Shown here piece by piece: positions 38,412-48,188 of a DNA stretch of 64,000 nt. The position numbers and the translations under genes were made by a program. The notes under the pieces are model-generated. The model searched no databases. It was not told the origin of the DNA and saw nothing but the letters and a program-made list of their open reading frames with translations. Numbering within the stretch: position 1 is the first letter of the stretch; each line of letters opens with the position of its first letter. Source of the stretch: an uncultured virus (IMG/VR IMGVR_UViG_3300003601_000003) (taxonomy: Duplodnaviria > Heunggongvirae > Uroviricota > Caudoviricetes); IMG/VR virus record IMGVR_UViG_3300003601_000003; one strand, 5' to 3'.

Positions 38412-38981
38412 ATGAGAATAATCGTAGAGGGTCTTATCGGTGTCGGTAAGTCCACATTCACAAAAGAAGCCAGTAAACACTTTAACCTTACTCCCATGTA
38501 TGAATCGGTAGGAGATAATCCGTTCCTTGAAAAGTTCTATTCTGACGATCCAAGCCGATGGGCTTATACGCTTCAAATGCACTTTCTCTATGACAGGTTC
38601 TCAAAACATCTACCAGAAAATACCTTGCTTGATCGTTCAATCTTCGGAGACTCCTGCTTTGCCAACCTCTTAAGAGATGATGGAGTCCTTACCGAAGATG
38701 AACACAGCTCGTACATGAAGCACTTTGAAATGCTTAAGCCTTATATCCCCCCTGTTGATATTTGTATCCACCTCCATGTTAGCGTAGAGCAAGCTATGGA
38801 TAGGATTTCTAAACGAGGCAGAGAATTTGAGTCGGGTATTGAGGAGTCTTATCTGCACAAGTTACAGGTTCAAGTCATGCAGATTCCAGATAGACTCCCT
38901 AAAGAGACTAAATACATCAAGCTCGATTGGTACGACATGGATGAGGGTCAGAGGCTAGATGTCATAAGAGGATTGCTTTAA
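38412..38981 (+). CDS. deoxynucleoside kinase
   Basis: IIVEGLIGVGKST, ESV..NPFLEKFY, Q..FL..R, DRSIFGD, RI.KRGR.FE. Confidence 0.9.
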   Translation: MRIIVEGLIGVGKSTFTKEASKHFNLTPMYESVGDNPFLEKFYSDDPSRWAYTLQMHFLYDRFSKHLPENTLLDRSIFGDSCFANLLRDDGVLTEDEHSSYMKHFEMLKPYIPPVDICIHLHVSVEQAMDRISKRGREFESGIEESYLHKLQVQVMQIPDRLPKETKYIKLDWYDMDEGQRLDVIRGLL

Positions 38982-39769
38982 TCCTCAACCGTCAGTTGTT
39001 GCACTAAGTTTGGTAGGTAGTCCTCTGCCCTCTCAGTGGTGTAGTTAAAGCTCTTGGACTCTTGGGACGGATTAGGGTCGATGATATACATCGGTTTCCT
39101 CATCTGCCTACCTGCTTGAACCACCATATTAGTGATCCCTACAGAGAAGCTAGTGCCGATAAAGACCACCATATCTGCTTCCTCTATAGCTTCCATAGCG
39201 TCATCTAAGCGATAGTCCTCATGAGAACCATAAAACTCATCGAACCACAGTGCGTGTGCTCTTAAAGGGATCTCGCATTTAGGACAACAAGGTAAGTCAT
39301 TCGGGTCTTTGGTCTGCCCAAACTTTTGATAGTCCTCCCAAACCTCGCTCATCGGGATTGAACCTCTCGGTGAACCATGATCACACCCATGATTGGGACA
39401 ACGCACTGCGTTGGTTGTGCCATGTATCTCGATGACATTTTGTGAACCCGCCTTGTTATGAAGGTGATCCACATTCTGTGTGATGATGTCAAAGGTCTTG
39501 CCCTCAGACTCACACCACTCCCCAATCTCCGCTAGGGCTTTATGAGCGTCATTCGGTTCAAGTTCAAAGACACCTTTGAACTTTTCTAAATACCATTCCC
39601 ATGCCTTCGCTGGGTTCTTATTGAAGTAGCGTTGTGTGCCTTTCTCAAGGACATCATTAGCCCACACAGCATCCTCTCCTGTTCTCCATGCTTGGATTCC
39701 CGATGCTGTGCTGATCCCTGCACCTGTGACAACAAGGATGTTGTCCGCTGATTTGATTGCGTTTAGCAT
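38978..39769 (-). CDS. Sir2-family NAD-dependent deacylase (CobB-like)
   Basis: TGAGISTASGI..R, PNDAH.ALA, ITQNVDHLH.KAG..NVIEIHG, Zn-ribbon Cys pairs, GTS. Confidence 0.9.
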   Translation of the reverse strand: MLNAIKSADNILVVTGAGISTASGIQAWRTGEDAVWANDVLEKGTQRYFNKNPAKAWEWYLEKFKGVFELEPNDAHKALAEIGEWCESEGKTFDIITQNVDHLHNKAGSQNVIEIHGTTNAVRCPNHGCDHGSPRGSIPMSEVWEDYQKFGQTKDPNDLPCCPKCEIPLRAHALWFDEFYGSHEDYRLDDAMEAIEEADMVVFIGTSFSVGITNMVVQAGRQMRKPMYIIDPNPSQESKSFNYTTERAEDYLPNLVQQLTVED

Positions 39770-40008
39770 GATAGTGTCATTTCCTTTACTGTGTAGCCCT
39801 TCTTGAGCTTTTGTGGTGCTTTTTTCTCGAAGTAAGCCCGATCTTTATTGATAGCTTGCCCCCAGTCGCCAATGCGACCATAACGGACGACCACATCTCC
39901 ATTTGGGCGACCTGTGGCTTCCCAAAACTTGTAGTGACCATCCTTATGCTCCAGTCGGATTCTGAAGGTTGGGGATAGGTTGCATTGTGTTATAGCGTCA
40001 ATAGCCAT
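39763..40008 (-). CDS. stand-alone WGR-domain protein
   Basis: HYKFWE...VVVRYGRIG..GQ...KLKKGY pattern; start at 40008 with AAAGGAGA RBS. Confidence 0.8.
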   Translation of the reverse strand: MAIDAITQCNLSPTFRIRLEHKDGHYKFWEATGRPNGDVVVRYGRIGDWGQAINKDRAYFEKKAPQKLKKGYTVKEMTLSC

Positions 40009-40018
40009 GTGTTCTCCT

Positions 40019-40342
40019 TTAGTGAGTGATTCGTAGTGTGAGTGCATCGAGCTTTGCGTTCTGCTCGGCTCGATATGACTCCATGAAAGTAACAAGCAGA
40101 GTGGGGTCGCTGAACAGCTTGCGAAGGTGTGACTCTGCGTCCTTCGTGTAGGTGAACTCACCCACAGGGATTTGTTGTGACCACGCTCCTCGGGCTCCGA
40201 GAAAGAGGTTTGCGGTACACCCAAAGATAGTCTGATGGATGACACCAAGCTCGGTGTCAGTGTCAGATCCTTTGGCGTAGAAGAACTTACAGCCGTTCTC
40301 AAAGTTATCGAAGGTGAGGGTGGTCTTGGTCTTGGTAGCCAT
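40019..40342 (-). CDS. hypothetical protein (putative early gene)
   Basis: Class-2 promoter at 40400-40415; GGAGA RBS; GC-richer codons. Confidence 0.65.
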   Translation of the reverse strand: MATKTKTTLTFDNFENGCKFFYAKGSDTDTELGVIHQTIFGCTANLFLGARGAWSQQIPVGEFTYTKDAESHLRKLFSDPTLLVTFMESYRAEQNAKLDALTLRITH

Positions 40343-40533
40343 GTCGTTCTCCGTTCGGGGAGTGTTGGTTGGTGAGGATTGTCCCCCTTACATTATGATA
40401 TAAATAAGGGGTTACGATTCTAACTTTCCTTTACTTTGCAGGTGTTTATGGTTTTTGTGCGTGTAGCGTAACCCCTTGTTTATACCCTTACATGAGGATC
40501 GAACCTCGCCACCAACTCTTAATGGAGAACCAC

Positions 40534-41463
40534 ATGGTCAGCACACTATCTGCTTTTTTCATCACTATCATCGCCTCAGCTATCCACAGTGCGTGGGAAA
40601 TGGCTGTCGCTTCCTTGTCTAAGGCTGAGGTTAAGTCAGCCTGTAAAAACAAGGTCTTCGGATCTTGTGCGTTGAGCAAGGTGATGAATGATAAAGAGTC
40701 TTTTATTAGCACCAATACCATCTGTAATAACATCGCCAACATCATGGGTAGTGGTGTTGTCGGTACGAACGCAGGTATGTGGCTTGGTAGCGAGTATGTT
40801 GGTTTGGTGATGGGTATCCTCACTTTCACTATCATCATCTGCTCAGAGATCATCCCTAAAGCGTATGGTACGAATAACCCTCTCTTTGTGGGTCGTGTCT
40901 TCGCTCCTATGATGGTTTTACTGTCATGGGTACTCACACCTATCAACTGGGTCATAGGAAAGCTCACAGCTCGTTTTAAGGGTGCAGAGCCTTCTGCTAT
41001 CGTAGAGAAGATCTACGAGGGTACTTATAACCTTTCACTCACGACTGTTGAGCAGGTTGGTACTCCACGAGTCAACATGACCACTGTCCGAGCAGATGAG
41101 CGACTAGAGGACATCAAGCCCTCTCTCTTTGAGAGTCAGCACTCACGACTTGTCGTACTTGGTAAGAGCCGAGATGATGTAAAGGGTATCATGCTTCTCA
41201 AAGACGCTTTCCAAGCTCTTGCTAAGGACGAGAACCCTACTGTCGAAGAGCTTACAAGACCTGTCCTCAAGGTTGAATCGAACATCTCTTGTGAAGAGAT
41301 GTTCAAACAGTTCACCACGAACAAGTCTCACCTCGCTGTCATGGTAGATGACTTTGGAGGAACAGATGGTGTCGTGAGTCTTGAGGACATCATGGAACTG
41401 ATGACCCAAACCGAGATCACCGATGAAACAGACGAGCAAGTCTGTATGCGTGAGGTAGGGTAA
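40534..41463 (+). CDS. CNNM/CorC-family (DUF21 + CBS pair) membrane protein
   Basis: SAWEMA..SL, NNIANI, SEIIPK, TPRV.M, HSRL.V, HLA.MVDDFGGT.G.VSLEDI.E. Confidence 0.85.
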   Translation: MVSTLSAFFITIIASAIHSAWEMAVASLSKAEVKSACKNKVFGSCALSKVMNDKESFISTNTICNNIANIMGSGVVGTNAGMWLGSEYVGLVMGILTFTIIICSEIIPKAYGTNNPLFVGRVFAPMMVLLSWVLTPINWVIGKLTARFKGAEPSAIVEKIYEGTYNLSLTTVEQVGTPRVNMTTVRADERLEDIKPSLFESQHSRLVVLGKSRDDVKGIMLLKDAFQALAKDENPTVEELTRPVLKVESNISCEEMFKQFTTNKSHLAVMVDDFGGTDGVVSLEDIMELMTQTEITDETDEQVCMREVG

Positions 41464-41557
41464 TCATATAATGAAGTTTATAATCACAATTTTCCTGTGG
41501 GTGCTAATCACACTCCCTTTAACCCTCTTACTTTACTCAATCTTTTAAGGAGACATT

Positions 41558-41845
41558 ATGTCATTCCCTCTAACAAAAGAATCTATCAATAAAATCTCTG
41601 ACTATGGAACAGCGAAAGCGTTCATATCGGCTTTTTCTACACCGAGCCTAATCACAACACCTTCTGGAATGAGTAACTTTGACTTTATCAAAGTATGGTT
41701 TACTTTCTTAGAAAATGCCCCAAAGTCTACTGGTTGGAGAGACATGAAAGAACTGTTTATGAAAATATACAACCACAAAGAACTGTTTATGGAAATATAC
41801 AACCACAATGCAGATGCTATCGAGGAGGCACTTGGAAATGAATAA
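41558..41845 (+). CDS. hypothetical protein with a 10-aa tandem duplication
   Basis: AAGGAGA RBS; KELFMKIYNH/KELFMEIYNH. Confidence 0.6.
   Translation: MSFPLTKESINKISDYGTAKAFISAFSTPSLITTPSGMSNFDFIKVWFTFLENAPKSTGWRDMKELFMKIYNHKELFMEIYNHNADAIEEALGNE
41747..41806 (+). repeat. 30-bp tandem duplication (1 mismatch)
   Basis: aaagaactgtttatg(a/g)aaatatacaaccac x2. Confidence 0.95.
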
Positions 41846-42290
41846 GCAACAAATCGCAGAGAGCCTATGTCGTATCAAGGCACTAAAAGACGCTCTCGAT
41901 GCAGAGATCAAATCCTTGCGTCAGCATATCCCTGTAGGAGAAAAGATCGAGACACCTCTTGGTGATGTTCACCATGTGGATTCATCTCGCACATCATATG
42001 ATGAAGCAGGTCTACTAGCCGAGCTTAACCGACAGGGCATCGACCCCACAACTATCGGTGAGGTTGTGGTCAAGGTAGACCGTAAAAAGTTCGCCAAAGC
42101 TATCACCAAAGGAGCAATCCCCTCAAACCTTATTGAGGACTACTCTGAGACTAAGCCTGTACCACAGCTTAAAATCAAGCCTAAGCTAGACGCTCAAAAC
42201 TTAGGGCGGGATACTCAGAGCCGTGTTGCTTCTTTAACAGGAGGGGCGAACTATGACGAGAGGGTTCTCGAAAAAAACCTTCAAAGATAG
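41838..42290 (+). CDS. hypothetical protein, Gp157/Gam-like architecture
   Basis: N-terminal coiled coil then KVDRKKFAKAI..G; GAGGAGG RBS. Confidence 0.45.
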   Translation: MNKQQIAESLCRIKALKDALDAEIKSLRQHIPVGEKIETPLGDVHHVDSSRTSYDEAGLLAELNRQGIDPTTIGEVVVKVDRKKFAKAITKGAIPSNLIEDYSETKPVPQLKIKPKLDAQNLGRDTQSRVASLTGGANYDERVLEKNLQR

Positions 42291-42388
42291 TCCTTATAGG
42301 GCTGTAGGGTGTGTTGTGGATTAAAAAATTGGGTAAAAGCTCAACCTGTGTTTACAATTTAAATTAATGACCTTGAAAGGAGCTTGGT

Positions 42389-42553
42389 ATGCTTGATATA
42401 GATGCCTTCATCATTGAACGCCTCAAGAAACAGCAAAGACAAAGAGAACTTGAGGATGAGAGTCGTAGGATTTGGTTGCCCATACCTCAACCAGAGCTAA
42501 AACCAAAAGAAGAGCAAAGAGAACCCAAGAGGGTCATTGAAATACAACTTTAG
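42389..42553 (+). CDS. small 54-aa hypothetical protein
   Basis: Not in ORF track; MLDIDAFIIERLKKQQRQRE...PKRVIEIQL with AAAGGAG RBS. Confidence 0.6.
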   Translation: MLDIDAFIIERLKKQQRQRELEDESRRIWLPIPQPELKPKEEQREPKRVIEIQL

Positions 42554-42563
42554 GAGTGATTGA

Positions 42564-43079
42564 GTGAAGCAACTAATTTTAGTCCGTGGTCTAAGTGGTT
42601 CGGGGAAAACAACACTGGCAGAGACAATATGTGGCGAAATTGAAGACCGATTCAAAGTGTCTGCTGACGAATTCTTTGTAGACGATAGTGGTGTTTACAC
42701 ATTCAACCATGAAGCACTTAAAGAAGCTCATGGTTGGTGTCAAAAAAAGTGTCTTGAAGCGATGGAAGACGGTTTTCAAGTCATCGTTGTCCATAACACA
42801 TTAACTCGTAAATGGGAGTGTGATCCTTACATGGAAATGGCTACAAAGAATGACTACTTGGTACAGGTTATTAACCTGTACGATGGTGGTCTTTCTGATC
42901 GTCAACTGTATGAAAGAGGAACACATAATGTCCCCACTCATGTGATCCAAAGCCAACGCTTTAGGTGGGAAAATGATGTGTTTCGTGAAAAGCGTCAGAA
43001 TAATTATAATCAACCTCATTACGAGAAGGGCAGGAATAATCAGCGTGGTTCTTTCCGTAGAAAAGACTCACGCTGGTAG
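42564..43079 (+). CDS. P-loop kinase (AAA_33 / polynucleotide-kinase-like)
   Basis: LILVRGLSGSGKTTLA, SADEFF, AH.WCQ, VHNT, HNVP..VI. Confidence 0.85.
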   Translation: MKQLILVRGLSGSGKTTLAETICGEIEDRFKVSADEFFVDDSGVYTFNHEALKEAHGWCQKKCLEAMEDGFQVIVVHNTLTRKWECDPYMEMATKNDYLVQVINLYDGGLSDRQLYERGTHNVPTHVIQSQRFRWENDVFREKRQNNYNQPHYEKGRNNQRGSFRRKDSRW

Positions 43080-43153
43080 GCAAATGTAACCCCTAATTTA
43101 TATAATAATATAAGATTAGATGAAACTAAAAACTAAAAACAAGGGGGGACATT

Positions 43154-43582
43154 ATGAATGACTTTCGGGTAGGGCATCAACTGTTAGTAGGAAAAACAAC
43201 GCTGAAGAGCTTGGAGGTCATAGATGTGATCGAGAGGAATAAAGTCTTCAGCGTTGTTGACGAAGAAAAAAATATAAAAAATGTTCATGTTGATGACGCT
43301 TCTCTTTTCTCTTACTTTTCCAACAATATAACTCAACCTGAGACCCAAGACACAGAGGGTCGATTTACAGTCGAAGGTGATAAGGACAATAGTCATTATC
43401 CAAAATGGGATTGTGGTCAAAAGGTTGAGTTTGAGGTCGAGTTAAAAGGTGCTTCTCTAAAAGTTTTGGGGTACATAACTCGCAACTTTTGGTCTGGCTA
43501 CTACCTTTTATCAGAGGTAGGTGTTTCAGTACCTAACAGGTATTGGAAAGTCGCCCACTCTAAGTGTACTAAAATTGGTTAA
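43154..43582 (+). CDS. hypothetical protein (putative early gene)
   Basis: Class-2 promoter at 43086. Confidence 0.55.
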   Translation: MNDFRVGHQLLVGKTTLKSLEVIDVIERNKVFSVVDEEKNIKNVHVDDASLFSYFSNNITQPETQDTEGRFTVEGDKDNSHYPKWDCGQKVEFEVELKGASLKVLGYITRNFWSGYYLLSEVGVSVPNRYWKVAHSKCTKIG

Positions 43583-43685
43583 TACCACTCATCACTCTTT
43601 AACATCTCTTCCACTTCTTCGGGAGACATTTCGGAGTTGATTATTCCATGTATAGTCATGGAAATAACGATTAAAATAAGTAAGG

Positions 43686-44117
43686 CTAACATATACTGTC
43701 CTTATAGTTTTTAATGGCACGATAGCAGTTTGAACGATTTTCGTATCCAAGCATTTTAGATATCTTCTTATAGGTATAACCCAGTTGTCGAAGATTGTAG
43801 GCTACTTGCCCTTTGTGGTGGGATTTGTTCGTAGATATTCCATTCATTTCAGAATATCTACGAATGTAATTTGTGACTGTCGATGGACAGACACCAAAGT
43901 ATCGAGCGATGTCTCTTATGCTCATTGTGTTGTAGTATAAGTTAAAAGCCAGTTTATAGTCAGGTTTGAGTCTTGGGTAGATTAAACTATTAGCGTAAGC
44001 ATATCTCTTGATGTAGTGTCGTATTGTGCTTTGCTTAACCCCAAAGTGTTCTTCAAGCTGAGGGTAGCTTATGCCTTGTATGTACATCTGATATGCTTCA
44101 TAAGCCCAAGATTTCAT
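43686..44117 (-). CDS. triple helix-turn-helix protein
   Basis: Three repeats: SYPQLEEHFGVKQSTI, SIRDIARYFGVCPSTV, TYKKISKMLGY. Confidence 0.7.
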   Translation of the reverse strand: MKSWAYEAYQMYIQGISYPQLEEHFGVKQSTIRHYIKRYAYANSLIYPRLKPDYKLAFNLYYNTMSIRDIARYFGVCPSTVTNYIRRYSEMNGISTNKSHHKGQVAYNLRQLGYTYKKISKMLGYENRSNCYRAIKNYKDSIC

Positions 44118-44452
44118 TTTTTGATTACCTCAATACCTAACATCTTCCCATTTAGCTGAGACTGCATCTTCTGTAAAAATTGAATGTCCTCATCACTAAG
44201 CGTATCCTTTTGTCTCGAAAGATCGCTATGTGAGACTACACAAACACCCTCTCTAATACAGAGGTCTGTTGCTCTAGTGAGTACTTCAATCCAGACAAGA
44301 GTAGTCGTAAACTCCCCGCAATCTTTTTCTATGATGAAGTGAATATGAGGACAGCCTAATCGGGATTTTATCTCTAAAGCCCTATTGAGATCAGACACTA
44401 GATGCAAGATCATTACCCAAATAAAGTATCCCACCAACACGCACAATCCCAC
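44114..44452 (-). CDS. hypothetical protein
   Basis: ORF coupled to neighbours; start uncertain. Confidence 0.45.
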   Translation of the reverse strand: MGLCVLVGYFIWVMILHLVSDLNRALEIKSRLGCPHIHFIIEKDCGEFTTTLVWIEVLTRATDLCIREGVCVVSHSDLSRQKDTLSDEDIQFLQKMQSQLNGKMLGIEVIKK

Positions 44453-45360
44453 TTCTTTTGTGTGATGTGGTGGTGTCCGATTACGCCAGTAAAGTTTCTT
44501 GTAAGATAACCCTTATCCACCACCCCATGATAGAAATCTCCATCATAAGACTGACCTTCAGACCCACAAGGGAACTGATATGGAATGTCCAAAGCAGTAC
44601 AGAGACTCTTAACTGCTTCCCGAACAGCTATAGCTACATTCGGATCTAAGGAGATAATACGCTTATCTCCACGACCAGTGTCATTGGTTGTCTCTTGTAC
44701 ATCATACCCTTTCTTTACATAGTGGTTCTTCCACTTCAAAGAAGGTTGCTGACAAATGTCGATACCCACCGAGTAAGAGTTAGCCCATCCTCCATGCCAA
44801 CTCTTGTGGTTGAGGTCGAGATATTGATAAATGGTAGGATTGCCTTCTGGACTCAACCCAATCCCTGCGTGTGAACTGACTTCTCTATCGGGGCTAGAGA
44901 AGATCCTGTGGCAATGATGAGGGTCAAGACCCCCCCAATGCACAACTATGATCGTTGGTTTTCTACCCTTACGAGATGAAAAATGCCCAAATCTGTGGAG
45001 ATCGAGTCCACCTCTTTGGTCGAAGTTGACGATTTCTACTGTAGGGTCGATGTCCACACCAACCCTACGATCATTTACCGTCCAATATGCTTGACCGTCT
45101 TCAATACGATCAAACTTTTTTAACATCGCAGACCATGTTCCTCGACCCATTTTCCCATCGACTCCAGAGCCTGCTCCAAAGTTGTCTTCTTGGAACGCTT
45201 CGACAGCAAGTGCGAAATCTGTAGAATCGACAGACTTAGCTAAGTTAGGGTATGCTTCGATTGCCGACTGAGGGATATTATCCAACCAACCGACAGAGAC
45301 ACTTGCTTTCTTATTATATGAGCAAGCATTGGATCTAGTTTGTATAACTATGGAGGACAT
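44413..45360 (-). CDS. N-acetylmuramoyl-L-alanine amidase (endolysin-like) with PG-binding-like N-terminus
   Basis: AV.AFQ....GVDGKMG.GTW PG-binding motif; IVVHW, SSH, WHGG..NS.SVGIDI, GHH....K.DC amidase_2 motifs. Confidence 0.8.
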   Translation of the reverse strand: MSSIVIQTRSNACSYNKKASVSVGWLDNIPQSAIEAYPNLAKSVDSTDFALAVEAFQEDNFGAGSGVDGKMGRGTWSAMLKKFDRIEDGQAYWTVNDRRVGVDIDPTVEIVNFDQRGGLDLHRFGHFSSRKGRKPTIIVVHWGGLDPHHCHRIFSSPDREVSSHAGIGLSPEGNPTIYQYLDLNHKSWHGGWANSYSVGIDICQQPSLKWKNHYVKKGYDVQETTNDTGRGDKRIISLDPNVAIAVREAVKSLCTALDIPYQFPCGSEGQSYDGDFYHGVVDKGYLTRNFTGVIGHHHITQKKWDCACWWDTLFG

Positions 45361-45389
45361 TGTTCACCTTTCTATTGTGAGTTTCTTTC

Positions 45390-46769
45390 ATGTCGTTATC
45401 TTTATTTATACCTACAATAAATGAACTATCATCACTTTTAGTTTTAAGCCATGCGAGTAATGGGGGTACTGTTCTACTCTCTCGCAACAATAAGATATGG
45501 AATAATCTATCTGCAAAGTCGATTATCAATGCTTACCACCCAGAACTACACGCTAGAATCATTCAAACTTCATTGTTAGAGTTATGTAAGTCGGGAGATG
45601 GGTGTAAACTCGGTGCGTTTATCACTATTTCTCTACTAAGATCTTTTCATCGCCATTACGGTGAAGTCCACCCTAAGATTACGGATCAAGTTAAGAAGGC
45701 AGTTAATCTCGCTGTAAATGCCGTACCTAGATACGAATCCAACCAAGATATATTAAAAGAAATCGGACTCCAGAGTGAGCTTGATGGGGAATCCATAGAT
45801 AAGATCTCCGAAGCTATTTATCTCGCAGGCTCTTTATCTTCTCATGTCTCTCTTGAGAAATGGGAAGGGAATGGTTGTGAAGTTGTTGAAACCGAATCTT
45901 TCCATGCTTCACTAAGAGTACACCATGATAATGAAGCATATCTCAATGGCCCAATGTTCGCTTTATTTAGTCGGCCAGTTTTTGAAGTGGATCACATACT
46001 AAATGCGATGGAACTCATGGGGTCATTTGAAGGTAGACCACTAGTCATTATAGCCCCTATGGTAGGTGGTAAAGCCCTACAAGCAATCAAGATGAACAAC
46101 CATAAAGGAACACTTGAAGTATATGCGTGTGATGCACCGAGAGTGATTTGGGGCAAGGGTTGGTTAGATGACTTTGCTTCGTTTACTGGAGCTACTGTTG
46201 TTGATCAGAAGTATGAAAAGTTTGTACCTGAGTTCTATGGTTCAGCTATTAACTCCGTCCTTAACTACACAGAAATGATTACAGACCCTTATGATGACCA
46301 TGTAGATAAAACAGCAGACCGAGTAGATGAACTCCTTAGAGAAGCTGAAAGTTCACCTCACCCTCACACACAAGATCAGTTGAGAAAAAGAGCCAACGCC
46401 CTTAATGGTACGCTCGTTCGCTTGAGAGTTGGTGGTCCTACCGAAGCTGAGGCAAGATGGCGTAGAGGATTAGCCGAAAAAGCCTTGATTTCTATGATGG
46501 ATGCTAAAGTAAATGGGTATGTCAAAGGAGCAATCCCTACCCTCTATAACATAACCACAGGAAACCCATATCTTGATCGAGCATTGAAAGCACCTTTTAA
46601 AGTCGTATGTCATAACTTAGGTAAGGCTGAGAATGACTCTAGCGTATGGGATATAAAAGAACTCTATGAGCCTTTCCCTGTTGGTAGATTGATTGAGTTA
46701 TTAGACAAATCCATATCAATAGCCACAACTTTAGGTTCTGTGGGTTATATAGTCAGGAGCAAAAAATGA
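45390..46769 (+). CDS. divergent GroEL/chaperonin-like protein
   Basis: G.TVLL, SGDG, GRPLVIIA..V.G.AL, LDD.A.FTGA.V, L..R...L.G..V.LRVGG.TEAE, RALKAPF..V..N.G. Confidence 0.75.
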   Translation: MSLSLFIPTINELSSLLVLSHASNGGTVLLSRNNKIWNNLSAKSIINAYHPELHARIIQTSLLELCKSGDGCKLGAFITISLLRSFHRHYGEVHPKITDQVKKAVNLAVNAVPRYESNQDILKEIGLQSELDGESIDKISEAIYLAGSLSSHVSLEKWEGNGCEVVETESFHASLRVHHDNEAYLNGPMFALFSRPVFEVDHILNAMELMGSFEGRPLVIIAPMVGGKALQAIKMNNHKGTLEVYACDAPRVIWGKGWLDDFASFTGATVVDQKYEKFVPEFYGSAINSVLNYTEMITDPYDDHVDKTADRVDELLREAESSPHPHTQDQLRKRANALNGTLVRLRVGGPTEAEARWRRGLAEKALISMMDAKVNGYVKGAIPTLYNITTGNPYLDRALKAPFKVVCHNLGKAENDSSVWDIKELYEPFPVGRLIELLDKSISIATTLGSVGYIVRSKK

Positions 46770-46975
46770 AATGGTATTACTTTTCCCGAAGTGAGGATAC
46801 TTTGACTTTAGTTCCAAGAAATAAAATGGGTGTAAGACCCAATGACGCACAAAAAGGAGATGAGTACACTCCTTGGTATAAGAAGTCTGAACACCATGAT
46901 GATTCTCATGTTCATGTAAAAGGGATAAATGAACAGGATGCTGAAAGAAGAGCAAAAGAGAGGATCAAAAAATGA
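46766..46975 (+). CDS. small hypothetical protein
   Basis: ATGA overlaps on both sides. Confidence 0.55.
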   Translation: MKWYYFSRSEDTLTLVPRNKMGVRPNDAQKGDEYTPWYKKSEHHDDSHVHVKGINEQDAERRAKERIKK

Positions 46976-47535
46976 TTGAAATAAAGATAGGTGATTGCAC
47001 CCAAAGACTTAAAGACCTAGAAGATAACTCTGTTGATGCTGTTATCTGCGATCCTCCTTATGGACTAAAGTTTATGTCAAAAGGTTGGGATGACATAGGA
47101 AACGGAAGTCAGCAAAGGGAATGGCATAGAAAGTGGCTTACAGAAGTTCATCGAATCTTAAAACCAAATGGAGTCCTTAAGGCTTTCAGTGGTTCAAGGA
47201 CTTTCCATCACTTAATAGCGATGATGGAAGAAATAGGTTTCTCAGATTTGAGTGTTGAAGCCTGGAGTTACGGAAGTGGATTCCCGAAATCTCATAATGT
47301 GAGTAAATCCATAGATAAACACTTAGGTGTAGTGCGAGAGGAGGTGGGTGTTGTTAAAGGAATGGGCAAACAGAACCCTGAGTGGAATGGTACTGCACAG
47401 GGTAGATCTGAAAACTATTTCAAGCCAGAGTATATTCTGACAGCCCCTACATCCCAACTTGCAAAGCAGTATGAGGGATGGGGTACGGCTCTTAAACCCG
47501 CATGGGAAAGTATATGTATTGGGGTTAAAAAATGA
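46972..47535 (+). CDS. N6/N4 DNA methyltransferase, N-terminal (DPPY catalytic) part
   Basis: GDC...L..L.DNSVD.VICDPPYG, RILKPNG, YGSGFPKS, GWGTALKPAWE; lacks FxGxG. Confidence 0.85.
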   Translation: MIEIKIGDCTQRLKDLEDNSVDAVICDPPYGLKFMSKGWDDIGNGSQQREWHRKWLTEVHRILKPNGVLKAFSGSRTFHHLIAMMEEIGFSDLSVEAWSYGSGFPKSHNVSKSIDKHLGVVREEVGVVKGMGKQNPEWNGTAQGRSENYFKPEYILTAPTSQLAKQYEGWGTALKPAWESICIGVKK

Positions 47536-48188
47536 TCATCACTATCTTGAGGAAACCCCTTGAGGGTACAGTAGCTGAGAATACTCTGAAACATGGTTGT
47601 GGGGCTTTGAATATTGATGCCACTCGCATTGGGAGTTTAGTCCAAGACACCTCTAAAAATGGACGCTCCCATGAAAGACAAAAAAGCACAGTCTTTCAAT
47701 CTAACTTTAAAGAAGAATTTGAAGGGAAGACCACCACAGGAAGATGGCCAGCTAACTTTATTCTGACCCATAAAGAAGATTGTGAGTTAAGAGGAACTAA
47801 AAAAGTTAAAGGGCATAAAGGCTATCCAAATGGTCCAGGTGGTATTTGGTCTAAAGAGTACCAAGACAAACACCAAAAAGATCGTAGCCTTACAGATGTG
47901 AAAACTGTCAAAGACAATGAAGCGTGGGTGGGTCATGCAGATAAAGATGGGAAAGAAACTATATCTGATTGGGCTTGTGTAGAGGGTTGCCCTGTTCAAG
48001 AGTTAGACGAACTTTCTCTTGCTAATGGTATGCACAGTGCAGGGTACTCAAAGTCACACAACACTAAACGAATTGAGGGAATGGTGAACTTTGGTGGTGG
48101 TGATCTTTTGACCAATGGGGGTCGTTATGGAGATAGTGGAGGAGCTTCTAGGTTTTTTAAACAATTTAAGAAAGAGAATGACCAATGA
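47532..48188 (+). CDS. N6/N4 DNA methyltransferase, middle part
   Basis: RKPLEGTVAEN..KHG.GALNIDA.RI, GRWPAN, GGASRFF: segments normally internal to single-chain phage MTases. Confidence 0.75.
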   Translation: MIITILRKPLEGTVAENTLKHGCGALNIDATRIGSLVQDTSKNGRSHERQKSTVFQSNFKEEFEGKTTTGRWPANFILTHKEDCELRGTKKVKGHKGYPNGPGGIWSKEYQDKHQKDRSLTDVKTVKDNEAWVGHADKDGKETISDWACVEGCPVQELDELSLANGMHSAGYSKSHNTKRIEGMVNFGGGDLLTNGGRYGDSGGASRFFKQFKKENDQ

